64,000 nucleotides of DNA from Nitrosarchaeum sp. (GTDB lineage Archaea; Thermoproteota; Nitrososphaeria; Nitrososphaerales; Nitrosopumilaceae), in assembly GCA_965223865.1 (NCBI GenBank), contig OZ245020.1:1696001-1760000 (forward strand), written 5' to 3'. Positions 1 to 9,263 of this stretch are shown here, in pieces; position 1 is the first letter of the stretch, and each line of letters starts with the position of its first letter. Both the position numbers and the translations under genes were made by a program. Under the pieces are notes generated by a model. That model was not told where the DNA came from, made no database searches, and saw nothing but the letters and a program-made list of their open reading frames with translations.

Positions 1-171
1 GATGAGGATTGGGATAAAGAGTTAGACATTATCAAAGAATTAAAACCTGAAGAATTTTTAGATTTTATAAAAGCAGATTTTGGACTCTCAAACATGCTAA
101 AGTTAGCAACTCATCATCCAAAATTGGCAGTAAGACAGCTGTTCAATCTAGTCAAGGGTGCTAAAGGGTAA
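1..171 (+). CDS. 3' end of a gene, probably a digeranylgeranylglycerophospholipid (geranylgeranyl) reductase; partial
   Basis: Frame 1 is open from the window edge: DEDWDKELDIIKELKPEEFLDFIKADFG...HHPKLAVRQLFNLVKGAKG* (TAA 169-171). It resembles GGR C-termini, but only the tail is visible. Confidence 0.5.
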   Translation, partial: DEDWDKELDIIKELKPEEFLDFIKADFGLSNMLKLATHHPKLAVRQLFNLVKGAKG

Positions 172-201
172 AGCTGTCTATATTCAAGAATTTTCAGAGC
201 A

Positions 202-414
202 TCAAGTCAGGGTAATTAATTTGTGATTTTTTGATTCAATTTTTGACTTGATTGGGATATGTGTTTGAAATGTATGCATACAAATGGCATGAAACTGTTC
301 ATTTGTTTTTGTTCCACACCTTTTGCAAATCAGTCTATTTACTTTATTACATTCTGTGCATTTAGCAAAGTTCTCAAGCATACCACCACATATTCTACAC
401 GATTCATCAGGCAA
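202..414 (-). CDS. small Cys-rich zinc-finger protein
   Basis: CRIC, CTEC, CKRC and HxxC motifs in 70 aa; TTG start. Confidence 0.7.
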   Translation of the reverse strand: MPDESCRICGGMLENFAKCTECNKVNRLICKRCGTKTNEQFHAICMHTFQTHIPIKSKIESKNHKLITLT

Positions 415-517
415 TTTTATTTCAATTTATGATTGGAAATTTCAAATATAAGAAACACGTAGAACTCGTTCACTCAAAGACGAAGATTATAATGTAAACC
501 AAACACAATACCTTTCA

Positions 518-1159
518 ATGGATGCAGTACGAAAAACTTTTGATGAATGGGCTCAAAATGGCAGAGCAGAATTAATGGAAAGAGAACATGGCAAAAATGT
601 ATTAAAATTCCTAAAAACAATTTCTTTTGACAAACCATTTTCATTTTTAGATGTTGGATGTGGGAATGGATGGATAGTAAGGAAGGTTGTAAAAGAAAAA
701 AATTGTAAAAAAGCAATAGGTATAGACAAAAGTAAAAAAATGATCAATCAAGCAAATAATAAAAAAATTTCAAAGAAGGAATGTTTTATTCATACAGATA
801 TCCAATCATGGAAATATAATGGAAAATTTGATTTTGTGTTCTCAATGGAATCATTGTATTATGCAGATTCAATTGAAGAAGCATTGAAAAAAATCTTTAA
901 AATTTTAAAACCTGAAGGACAGTTTTTTTGCGGCACTGATTTTTATACAGATAACAAAGCAACTGCCAGATGGGCAGATATTATGAAAATTCAGATGCAT
1001 CTTCATTCAAAACAAGAATGGAAAAAATTATTCATAGAGGCAGGATTTGAAACTACAACCAAACAAATCAAAGATCCAAAAAGTAATAAAAAATGGAAAC
1101 GAGAAATGGGAACATTATTTGTTATTGGTAAAAAACCAAAAAGACAATATTCAAATTAA
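518..1159 (+). CDS. class I SAM-dependent methyltransferase
   Basis: LDVGCGNG motif I; FDFVFSMESLYY; LKPEG. Confidence 0.9.
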   Translation: MDAVRKTFDEWAQNGRAELMEREHGKNVLKFLKTISFDKPFSFLDVGCGNGWIVRKVVKEKNCKKAIGIDKSKKMINQANNKKISKKECFIHTDIQSWKYNGKFDFVFSMESLYYADSIEEALKKIFKILKPEGQFFCGTDFYTDNKATARWADIMKIQMHLHSKQEWKKLFIEAGFETTTKQIKDPKSNKKWKREMGTLFVIGKKPKRQYSN

Positions 1160-1178
1160 ATTAAAAATATCACATATC

Positions 1179-1460
1179 GTGTGAGCTGGAGCACGAAATG
1201 CTGCTACGGCAGAGGAAACTCCTCCCTCCATACAGGAAATATGATCCGGAGATGGATAATCAGAGATGGTTGGCAACGGAGCAGAAAAAAATCCGACCTG
1301 GCGCACGATGATGGCAAAACCTGAGATTTCCAGAGAAGGAATGAAAAAGCCGACCCATATGGAGCAAAGCCAAACAGAACCAAAGGTTCCTGTACCAGGT
1401 TCAGGTAGGCTGCAAAGCGCAATATCGTGAAAACAGAAGGAGGGTTACTCCCAGCACACA
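1179..1460 (+). ncRNA. rnpB: RNase P RNA (archaeal)
   Basis: GC-rich island. Terminal P1 stem GTGTG-GCTGG / CCAGCACAC; conserved GAGGAAACTCC at the 5' side and AAACAGAAGGAGGGTTACT at the 3' side (P4 pseudoknot). Confidence 0.93.
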
Positions 1461-1489
1461 CCAAATTAATAGTTCAGAAAATTTTGAAA

Positions 1490-2878
1490 TTATCTCATCG
1501 AACTAACATTGTCTTTACAGATTTGGGCATTACATCTACAGGTTCCATCACAAAAGCATGCACCCTGCATTTCACAATCACATTCAGAGCCCATTTCAGC
1601 TGATGCTGCACATCCACATGCTGCCTCTTCTTCAGTACTGGTTACTGCAGGAGGACTTTCTTGTTGTGGTGGAGGACTTTGTTGTTGTGTAGTTTCTTCA
1701 TAGACGCTACGGGTTTGAGCATAATCAGATTCATCGGCTAATTGAGCTTCTCCTCTGTTGGTTTGATAACCTCCAGCTGAAGCACTTGTTTGGTATCCTA
1801 CTAGTCTGTTGGGGTCAATACCTGTCTGACCTTGCTCATTTTCTTGTCTCTTAAGAGCACGGTTACTAAAAATAAAGAATCCAATGCCACCAATTGCTGC
1901 CATACCTGCCATTCCATATACAATCATGACTGGAAACTCACCAGTTGAAGTTGTTGCATAACCCTCTGGAGGAGTTGGAGTAACACCTGCAATTTCAACA
2001 CCATCTAAAATATCTAATGCACCAAATCCAATTACTGCAAGGTTTCCTTGATCAGATGATTGAACACTTCTAACAATATAATTTTGATCAGCAGAAATTT
2101 CTGCTTCAAATATTCTTTCCACTTGTCTGCCTTCCCTTATACTGCTTTCACCCATAGTCCAACTAGAAACAACAAATCCAGCGATTGTCTCATCTAGTCC
2201 AAATGTCCCGGCATCAACATTGATTCCAGTAGGATCAAATAAAAAGTGCCAGTTTGTTAATGGCTGCTCTAAGATAAAGTCTGCATCAAGCAAGTTTTTA
2301 TCTAGAATTCCTTGAGCTTCTGTTCCAGATACAACATTGTATACTACTGGTTCTTCATCTCGAATCAAGTTGATTGGATGATTAATGTCAACTCCATCAA
2401 TTACAATCTCAGCATCTGTTGAAATTCCTCTCCAACCCAAGTCCACTAGTGTTCTTTGTTGGTCCTTGGTAATTACATAATCAACTAAGGTTCCCTCAAT
2501 TACCACTTTATAATCAATTGATGTGTTGAGGTTTCTACCTTTTAGGTGAAAGTCATAATTTACGGTAAGATCTGAAATTCGTGCTTGGCTGTCATCATCT
2601 GCAATGTTTTCATTTAAATTTTGGATTAAATTCTGAACTCCAGGATTTGAGCTGTCTGCAGTACCTTTGATAGACCATTCTTTGGTGTGCAATTCATCAA
2701 ATAGTTGACCACCGTTAGGATATTCAATAAAGAATGTTTTTTGATAATTCATTTTAAAATTAGATTCCTCAAAGTTTGGATTAATTCTAGCATCCAACTG
2801 CGCTCCCCATGCAGTCGAACTAGTACCAAATACAATCAATCCGGCGATTAATACTGTTAAGAGTACAGACTTTGACAC
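1490..2878 (-). CDS. exported, membrane-anchored protein with Cys-rich C-terminal tail
   Basis: N-terminal signal peptide, acidic ectodomain, TM helix after TGEFP followed by a basic patch, Q/P/E linker, 9-Cys tail. Confidence 0.8.
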   Translation of the reverse strand: MSKSVLLTVLIAGLIVFGTSSTAWGAQLDARINPNFEESNFKMNYQKTFFIEYPNGGQLFDELHTKEWSIKGTADSSNPGVQNLIQNLNENIADDDSQARISDLTVNYDFHLKGRNLNTSIDYKVVIEGTLVDYVITKDQQRTLVDLGWRGISTDAEIVIDGVDINHPINLIRDEEPVVYNVVSGTEAQGILDKNLLDADFILEQPLTNWHFLFDPTGINVDAGTFGLDETIAGFVVSSWTMGESSIREGRQVERIFEAEISADQNYIVRSVQSSDQGNLAVIGFGALDILDGVEIAGVTPTPPEGYATTSTGEFPVMIVYGMAGMAAIGGIGFFIFSNRALKRQENEQGQTGIDPNRLVGYQTSASAGGYQTNRGEAQLADESDYAQTRSVYEETTQQQSPPPQQESPPAVTSTEEEAACGCAASAEMGSECDCEMQGACFCDGTCRCNAQICKDNVSSMR

Positions 2879-3001
2879 TATTAAAATTTCATTAGTGAAA
2901 GTAATAAACTTATCCAGGGTATCGGAAATCAGATCGAGTATTTTTGAAAAAGTAATATGTAGTTAATAATTCAGATTTGAACAGTTTTAGGAGAAAATGC
3001 A

Positions 3002-3922
3002 ATGATAACAGTACTAGCAGGAGGAACAGGTTCAGTAAAATTAGTCAGAGGTCTTGTATCTCAAGAATCCAAGGTTAATGTGGTTAGTAATGTAGGAGAC
3101 AATTATTGGCTTTACGGACTTTATGTTTGTCCAGACATCGACACTATTGTTTATGGACTTGCAGATTTACTTGATCAAGAAAGAGGGTGGGGAATTAAAA
3201 AAGACACCTTCAATTTTCTAAGGCAAATGGAAGTTTTTGGTGAAGAAACATGGTTTAGAGTAGGAGACAGAGATGCGGCAACACATTTGATTCGAACAAA
3301 CATGTTGAAAAATGGAAAAAACTTGAGTGACATAACCAAATGGATGTGTGAAAAATTTGCAGTTAGTGCAAACATCATACCTGTAACTGACAACAGTGTT
3401 GAAACAAGAATAATTACAGACAAGGGAGAATTACATCTTCAAGAATATTGGGTAAAGCATAGAGGGAAAGATCCTGTAGAAGGAATTCAATATATTGGAG
3501 CAGATAAAGCTCGTCCAAATCCAGAAGCAGTAAATGCAATTCATGATGCAGACCTTGTAATCCTTGCACCAGGAAATCCACTAACATCAATAGGTCCAAT
3601 GTTACAAATTAAAGGAATTAGAAAAGAATTATCAAAAATAAAGAAAAAAGTTGTAGCAGTTAGTCCACTAATTGGAGACAAAGCAATTACGGGACCTGCA
3701 GCAAAATACATGGAAGCTGCAGGAATTGAAACTAACGCATATGGTCTTGCAAAGATGTATTCAGATGTTTGCTCAAACATTATTGTAGATTCCAAAGACA
3801 GATTGCTTGTAAAAAAGATTCAAAACCTAGACATGAAAGTTTATGATACAAAGATTACAATGAAAAACAAAATAGCTGAAGATGCATTGGCAAATTTCAT
3901 ACTAAAACAAGTACACGTATAA
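3002..3922 (+). CDS. cofD: 2-phospho-L-lactate transferase (F420 biosynthesis)
   Basis: LAGGTGSVK, NVGDN, CPDIDT, GDRD, PGNPLTSIGP motifs. Confidence 0.95.
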   Translation: MITVLAGGTGSVKLVRGLVSQESKVNVVSNVGDNYWLYGLYVCPDIDTIVYGLADLLDQERGWGIKKDTFNFLRQMEVFGEETWFRVGDRDAATHLIRTNMLKNGKNLSDITKWMCEKFAVSANIIPVTDNSVETRIITDKGELHLQEYWVKHRGKDPVEGIQYIGADKARPNPEAVNAIHDADLVILAPGNPLTSIGPMLQIKGIRKELSKIKKKVVAVSPLIGDKAITGPAAKYMEAAGIETNAYGLAKMYSDVCSNIIVDSKDRLLVKKIQNLDMKVYDTKITMKNKIAEDALANFILKQVHV

Positions 3923-3923
3923 T

Positions 3924-4562
3924 TTGAAAATTGCTGCAATTATTCCTGTAAAGACTTTCTCTGAAGCAAAAACACGAATAAAATTATCTTCTCAACAAAA
4001 AGTAGACCTCTGTAAAATTATGTTAGAAGAAATTCTACATATATTATCAATTTCACCTCAAATAGAAAAAATAGTAATTGTGACAAAAGAAAAAAAAGCC
4101 CTAGAGTTGGCCAAAAAGTTCAATGCAATATCAATAATTGATAATGAAGAAGAAAGTGTCAACAGTGCAGTAGCCCTTGCAGACAAATACCTTTTGGAAA
4201 ATGATTTTGATGCATCAATTGTTTTTCCTCAAGATATACCGTATATTAAAACTCAAGATATCGATTTTATTTTAAATTACAAAATTCCCCCAAATTTTGC
4301 CATAGTGGTACCATCAAGGAGATTTGATGGGACAAATGCTCTTGTTAGAATGCCAGTTGATTTGATGGAAACTCATTATGATGAAGACAGTTACAAAATT
4401 CACATGAGCACTGCCAAAGAACACACAAGAAATGTAGCCTTGGTTTTTGCAAAAAGGATAATGTGGGATGTTGATAATATCGAAGACTTGGAATTTATTT
4501 TAGAACAAAATGAGAAACCAGATATTACTCAAAAAATCAAAGATGTTTTAGATTCAAAATAA
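3924..4562 (+). CDS. cofC: 2-phospho-L-lactate guanylyltransferase
   Basis: IIPVK..AKTR, DIP, DGTNAL, DVDNIEDL; directly follows cofD. Confidence 0.92.
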   Translation: MKIAAIIPVKTFSEAKTRIKLSSQQKVDLCKIMLEEILHILSISPQIEKIVIVTKEKKALELAKKFNAISIIDNEEESVNSAVALADKYLLENDFDASIVFPQDIPYIKTQDIDFILNYKIPPNFAIVVPSRRFDGTNALVRMPVDLMETHYDEDSYKIHMSTAKEHTRNVALVFAKRIMWDVDNIEDLEFILEQNEKPDITQKIKDVLDSK

Positions 4563-4674
4563 TTGTATTTTTAGTAAAAAGAGGGCAATAGTAGCATAGA
4601 TCAGCAACAGACTTATAAGAAATGAATCAGCAAATGTTAAATATTATCATAAAACGTTAGGGAAGGTTAGAAAA

Positions 4675-5583
4675 ATGGTTAGAAGTGTAAATCCAAAAGA
4701 CAGATGCCCAAGATGTGGACAGGGAACATTGGTAACAGATGCAAATACTGGTGAGAATTTCTGTGGAAAGTGTGGATTTGTAATTACAGATAAAGTCGAA
4801 GAATCCGGACCAGAATGGAGATCTTTTTCCAATGAAGGAGAAAACAAGAGCAGAGCAGGAGTTCCCACGTCTCTTGCAATGCATGACATGGGTTTGGCAA
4901 CCGTGATTAATCCTCAAAATCGAGATGCAACTGGAAAACCACTAACAGCATCAATGAAAAGTACCATTGAAAGACTAAGAACTTGGGACAATAGAAGCCA
5001 AGTTCATGAACCTGTTGACAGAAATTTCAGACAAGCGTTTAGTGAACTTGATAGATTAAAAGACAAACTTGCAGTAGGAGATGCAGTTATTGAAAAAGCA
5101 GCTTACATTTACAGAAAAGCATTAGAAAAAGGACTGGTTAGGGGTCGTTCAATTTCAGCACTTATAGCTTCGGCATTGTATGCTGCATGTAGAGATACTG
5201 AGACTCCAAGGACGCTAAAAGATATAGGACAATCAAGTAACATTAAACGTAAAGATATTGCAAGATGTTATCGTTTATTATTAAGAGAACTTAATTTGAA
5301 AATGCCGGTAGTTGATCCAATAAAATGTATTTCACGAATTGCCAGCAAAGCAGGATTATCAGAAAAAACAAAAAGAAAGGCAACTAAGATTTTGCAGACT
5401 GCTGAAGAAAATAAAATTTCTGCCGGAAAAGATCCTATGGGATTAGCCGCAGCTGCTCTTTATGTAGCATGTGTTACAAATGGTGAAAACAAAACTCAAC
5501 GAGATGTTGCCGAAGCTGCAGGAGTTACAGAAGTTACAATTAGAAATAGGTACAAAGGCCTCAAAGTAGCATTAAATCTCTAA
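4675..5583 (+). CDS. tfb: transcription initiation factor IIB
   Basis: Zn ribbon CPRC..CGKCG, GPEWRSF B-reader, two cyclin repeats, GVTEVTIRNRY. Confidence 0.97.
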   Translation: MVRSVNPKDRCPRCGQGTLVTDANTGENFCGKCGFVITDKVEESGPEWRSFSNEGENKSRAGVPTSLAMHDMGLATVINPQNRDATGKPLTASMKSTIERLRTWDNRSQVHEPVDRNFRQAFSELDRLKDKLAVGDAVIEKAAYIYRKALEKGLVRGRSISALIASALYAACRDTETPRTLKDIGQSSNIKRKDIARCYRLLLRELNLKMPVVDPIKCISRIASKAGLSEKTKRKATKILQTAEENKISAGKDPMGLAAAALYVACVTNGENKTQRDVAEAAGVTEVTIRNRYKGLKVALNL

Positions 5584-6561
5584 TTTTGTTTTAACATCAG
5601 AATAAAAGTAATTTAGAATTAGAATCGTTGTAGAAATAATTCCAGAAATTAAGAATATAATTTCCATTGTACTTATCAGAGGATGGTAAAATGCGCTATC
5701 AAGGGTGATTTGATTTATTTGAGATACAAAATTTGCATAAGAGAAAATAAAATAATTTGTCCCCCAATGAACAAGTATTGCAGAGAGTAAACCAAAGCGA
5801 AAGTACAACCATCCTAGAATAATTCCGCTGGCAGTAGCTTGAGCAAATTTTCCTTCACTCCAAGGCTCGCCAGTAGCAATGTGTGCAAATCCAAAAATCA
5901 CTCCAACCAGTACAATCAAAATCAAAGCCTTTTTTGGATCTGAAGCATGTAAAGTTCCACTTGGATTCCAAAGAGATTTGAAAAAATATTTTACAGAAGA
6001 TTTGTGAGAGTACAAAGTAAATAAAGGAATTCCAAGTAACAATCCTCTGAATCCTATCTCTTCTACAAGAGGAGCCAAAGTCACATAAAAAAATTGAACC
6101 AAGTCATTATCTGTTGGAGGAGGCAATGTTTGGATTCCAAAACCTTCTTGAGTAAAAGTAACGATTACAGATGCAAGAATCAAAACTGAAAACCATTTTG
6201 TGATTGAAACAAGATAATTGGAGTGAGAATCTATTTTTCCATGAGACAGAATTGGGGAAAGAGTTTGAAAAAAACCATTTTTAGGTCCAAAAATTGCAAT
6301 CGAAAAAAGGATTGCATAAATGGACCACAAAATGACAAATGCATCACCAACGGTAATCTCAAAAGACATTTGGTATTCCATGCCGGTAAAAAGGTCTAAC
6401 TGATCAAGAGGATATTCAAAATTAATGTCTCCACCAATGTCTGTGTGAAATACAACAAACATACCCAGTGGAAATGATAAGAGCATCATTCCAAAGATTA
6501 CAGATAAAAGTGCAGAATATGGAATTCCTAGACTTTGAAGAATTTTATTTGATTCTCTCAA
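5572..6561 (-). CDS. CPBP (Abi/CAAX) family intramembrane metalloprotease
   Basis: PLVEEIGFRG, FGFAH, HWGTN motifs; multiple TM helices. Confidence 0.9.
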   Translation of the reverse strand: MRESNKILQSLGIPYSALLSVIFGMMLLSFPLGMFVVFHTDIGGDINFEYPLDQLDLFTGMEYQMSFEITVGDAFVILWSIYAILFSIAIFGPKNGFFQTLSPILSHGKIDSHSNYLVSITKWFSVLILASVIVTFTQEGFGIQTLPPPTDNDLVQFFYVTLAPLVEEIGFRGLLLGIPLFTLYSHKSSVKYFFKSLWNPSGTLHASDPKKALILIVLVGVIFGFAHIATGEPWSEGKFAQATASGIILGWLYFRFGLLSAILVHWGTNYFIFSYANFVSQINQITLDSAFYHPLISTMEIIFLISGIISTTILILNYFYSDVKTKLEI

Positions 6562-6568
6562 TTTTGGT

Positions 6569-6889
6569 CTAATGAAGTTCTATACTTGACTCTGGAAAGC
6601 CTAAATTTATCAAAGTATCTTTGATTGTGTCTCGATGATCCCCTTGTAAAAAGATGTATCCTTCTTTTGCAGTTCCACCACATGCATATTTGTTTTTTAG
6701 TTCTTTGGCCACGGTTTCCAAATTATTCAATTTAGGATCAAGGCCTTCAATCATAGTTCCTTTTTTCTTAAATCTCCTAGTTTCCAGACGAATTATTATT
6801 TTGGTACTATCTTTTGCAAGTTCACCACAAGCGCATAAGTCTTCAGGTAGACCACAAGTATTACAAATTACCGCCATACGTTCTATCAT
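6569..6889 (-). CDS. translation initiation factor SUI1/aIF1 (start probably ATG 6877)
   Basis: CGLPEDLCAC, LKNKYACGGT, LQGDHRD. Confidence 0.93.
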   Translation of the reverse strand: MIERMAVICNTCGLPEDLCACGELAKDSTKIIIRLETRRFKKKGTMIEGLDPKLNNLETVAKELKNKYACGGTAKEGYIFLQGDHRDTIKDTLINLGFPESSIELH

Positions 6890-6953
6890 AATTCGATTTT
6901 ACGCACTATTAAGCCTTGTTTGAAATTTGTAATGAAAAATAATGATTTTTTAG

Positions 6954-7307
6954 ATGGAAATTCCATATTTTCTTGTGTCAAAGGACCTTACAAAAAGAGC
7001 AGCAGAAATGCTTCTAAATGGAGCAACATTGCTTAGTGAGCCATGTCCATACTGTTCAGGAGTACGAGTAATAAAAGAAGGTCATGCCTTATGCATTAAC
7101 TGTGGAAAAGAGCCTGAACAAAAAGAGATTCCCAAAGAGCCCAAAAAAGAAACTACCAAAACAAGTTTGGAGGTAACCTTGGAGACAAAATTAGAAGGAC
7201 TATCCAAAGAACTAGAGCAAGAATCCAATCATGAAAAACAGCAAGAGATTCTAAAATCGATCAATTCTATCATAGAAACTCTCGAAAAGATAAAAACTAA
7301 ACAATAA
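6954..7307 (+). CDS. UPF0148 / autoantigen p27 family Zn-ribbon protein
   Basis: AEMLLNGATLLSEPCPYC...CINC followed by a coiled coil. Confidence 0.8.
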   Translation: MEIPYFLVSKDLTKRAAEMLLNGATLLSEPCPYCSGVRVIKEGHALCINCGKEPEQKEIPKEPKKETTKTSLEVTLETKLEGLSKELEQESNHEKQQEILKSINSIIETLEKIKTKQ

Positions 7308-7440
7308 AGTTTGAATGCAAATTTTTGTGTAACAATAAGCAGATAACATTAAGCCAATATTTGCAAAATTATATGGTTGATCTGGGAACTAAACTTTGTA
7401 CATGAAAAAGATTGACCTCCATAGATTCAGAATTTTGAAA

Positions 7441-8091
7441 TTATTTAATACCAAAGACTGGATGTGCTGACTTTAACTTGATTACTGGTAAATATGGAAA
7501 CCCATGTTGAAATTGGTTTGTAAATTCAGCCTTTCCTCCTTTATGTCCTGAGTACTTTAGGAACGGTCCTTTTGGTTCATAATCTAATATTACATAATTA
7601 AAACAAAAAAAAGTCTTGTCTAGATCAATTTGTGTAATGTATCCAATTAACCATTTTTTCTTGTATGGAAACGCAAGTAATGTAACCTCATAATCTTCAG
7701 GCCATTCTGGATCATATGTCAGTCTTGCAAGATCTCCAAGATCATGAATCTTTATTGTCTTGAATTTGTCTTTGATAGTTTTTGATTGTTTAATTGAAAA
7801 GGGCAATGAATCCAATTCTACAATTGGCGCATAGGTTCCAGTCTTTGTAATCTCATCTACAAATGATGCTGATTCTTTTCCACCTAATGGATCATAAGAG
7901 ACATATCTTCCATTTTTTTCTGATGATACAAAAAAATGTAGAATCGAGCTTGAAAGTATTTTCCTAGTGGAAAAAATATTCTTTTTTTTGTATTCAAATT
8001 GATATACTCTTAATGGGTTTTCTCTTAGAGCACAAACATATCTTGCAAAATCTAAAAAACTTGCAACTTCTACAAAATACTGAATGACCAA
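7441..8091 (-). CDS. hypothetical protein
   Basis: 216-aa ORF with normal composition; possible internal duplication (DFAR / DLAR halves). Confidence 0.7.
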   Translation of the reverse strand: MVIQYFVEVASFLDFARYVCALRENPLRVYQFEYKKKNIFSTRKILSSSILHFFVSSEKNGRYVSYDPLGGKESASFVDEITKTGTYAPIVELDSLPFSIKQSKTIKDKFKTIKIHDLGDLARLTYDPEWPEDYEVTLLAFPYKKKWLIGYITQIDLDKTFFCFNYVILDYEPKGPFLKYSGHKGGKAEFTNQFQHGFPYLPVIKLKSAHPVFGIK

Positions 8092-8408
8092 TATTCTAGA
8101 ATACTGTACGCTCTGATTAATGTTTTATTTGTAATTTTTAGAATGAATCTTGAAGTTATTGTCATCCAGAACCGAAATGAAAATTAGCGTAACATCGACA
8201 TTTTGTTTCAATGCATTCATTTCTTCCTGACCACAGATGCCACTTTCAGAGTATAATCATAAATTAATTAGCATAATTTGAAACATAACAGATCTGGATT
8301 TTTACGCCTACCTGTATCAATATTCTCACAAGATAATGCCTAAATCCTACGAATCTACTGTCTTCTTGAACCTAAAAAATACAAATTCTATGCAAACATT
8401 GTCTACAT

Positions 8409-9263
8409 ATGGAAAAAATTTGTTGGGCAAACACTGAAAATTTTAATGATGCTGAGTTTGTAATTGTAGGAATTCCTGATGAATCCCAATCACATGCACT
8501 AAGAAAAGGCACTGAAGAGGCTCCATCAAGAATACGACAAATTTCAAATATTCGAGATTCTTACGATAGAAAAGATTCTATATCTTTGGGACGTCCTTTC
8601 AGAGGGACTGAAAAAAAAGTCTATGACTTTGGAGATATTACAAGAAATCAAATTAACGATACATTTGGAAAAATTTCATCATCAAAAATTCCTATTTCAA
8701 TTGGAGGTGATCACTCCATCACTCGGGACATCATTACATCAATATCCAAACCAGATGAAAAAATTTCACTTGTATATTTTGATGCACATCCTGATTTTGT
8801 TAGCTCTCATACAAACTATTATGGTTCAGTAATTACTGATCTCCTTTCACATATTGAAATTGAATCTAGTGTTCAAATAGGAATACGTACACCTGAGAAA
8901 GAAGAATTGGATAATATCAAAAAACATCATTTTCATGTCATAACCCCTTTTGACATCCACAAACATGGAATTGAAGAAATAACAAATTCCCTAATTGACA
9001 AATTAGGTACAAATGTTTACGTTTCATTTGATATGGACTGCATTGATCCTTCGTTCGCTCCAGGAGTTTCTGTACCTGTACCATTAGGTCTTAACAGTGT
9101 TGATTGTGTTTATTTGTTGCAAAGAATTGCACAAAAAGGAATCATAGGCATGGATATTATGGAAGTGTGCCCTAGTTATGATGTCAAGGATAGGACGTCA
9201 CATTTGGCCTCTAGAATAATTTCAGAAGTTATTTTTTCGGCAGGAGAGAACCATAATGACTGA
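8409..9263 (+). CDS. ureohydrolase (agmatinase/arginase/formiminoglutamase superfamily)
   Basis: GGDHS, DAHPD, SFDMDCIDP, MEVCP metal-binding motifs. Confidence 0.9.
   Translation: MEKICWANTENFNDAEFVIVGIPDESQSHALRKGTEEAPSRIRQISNIRDSYDRKDSISLGRPFRGTEKKVYDFGDITRNQINDTFGKISSSKIPISIGGDHSITRDIITSISKPDEKISLVYFDAHPDFVSSHTNYYGSVITDLLSHIEIESSVQIGIRTPEKEELDNIKKHHFHVITPFDIHKHGIEEITNSLIDKLGTNVYVSFDMDCIDPSFAPGVSVPVPLGLNSVDCVYLLQRIAQKGIIGMDIMEVCPSYDVKDRTSHLASRIISEVIFSAGENHND

Noticed and set aside
1204-1464. 86-aa minus-strand ORF
   Set aside because: Antisense shadow of the RNase P RNA
5572-5583. Convergent 3' overlaps (also 10809-10827, 13757-13773, 16962-16977, 47041-47046)
   Set aside because: Common in streamlined thaumarchaeal genomes
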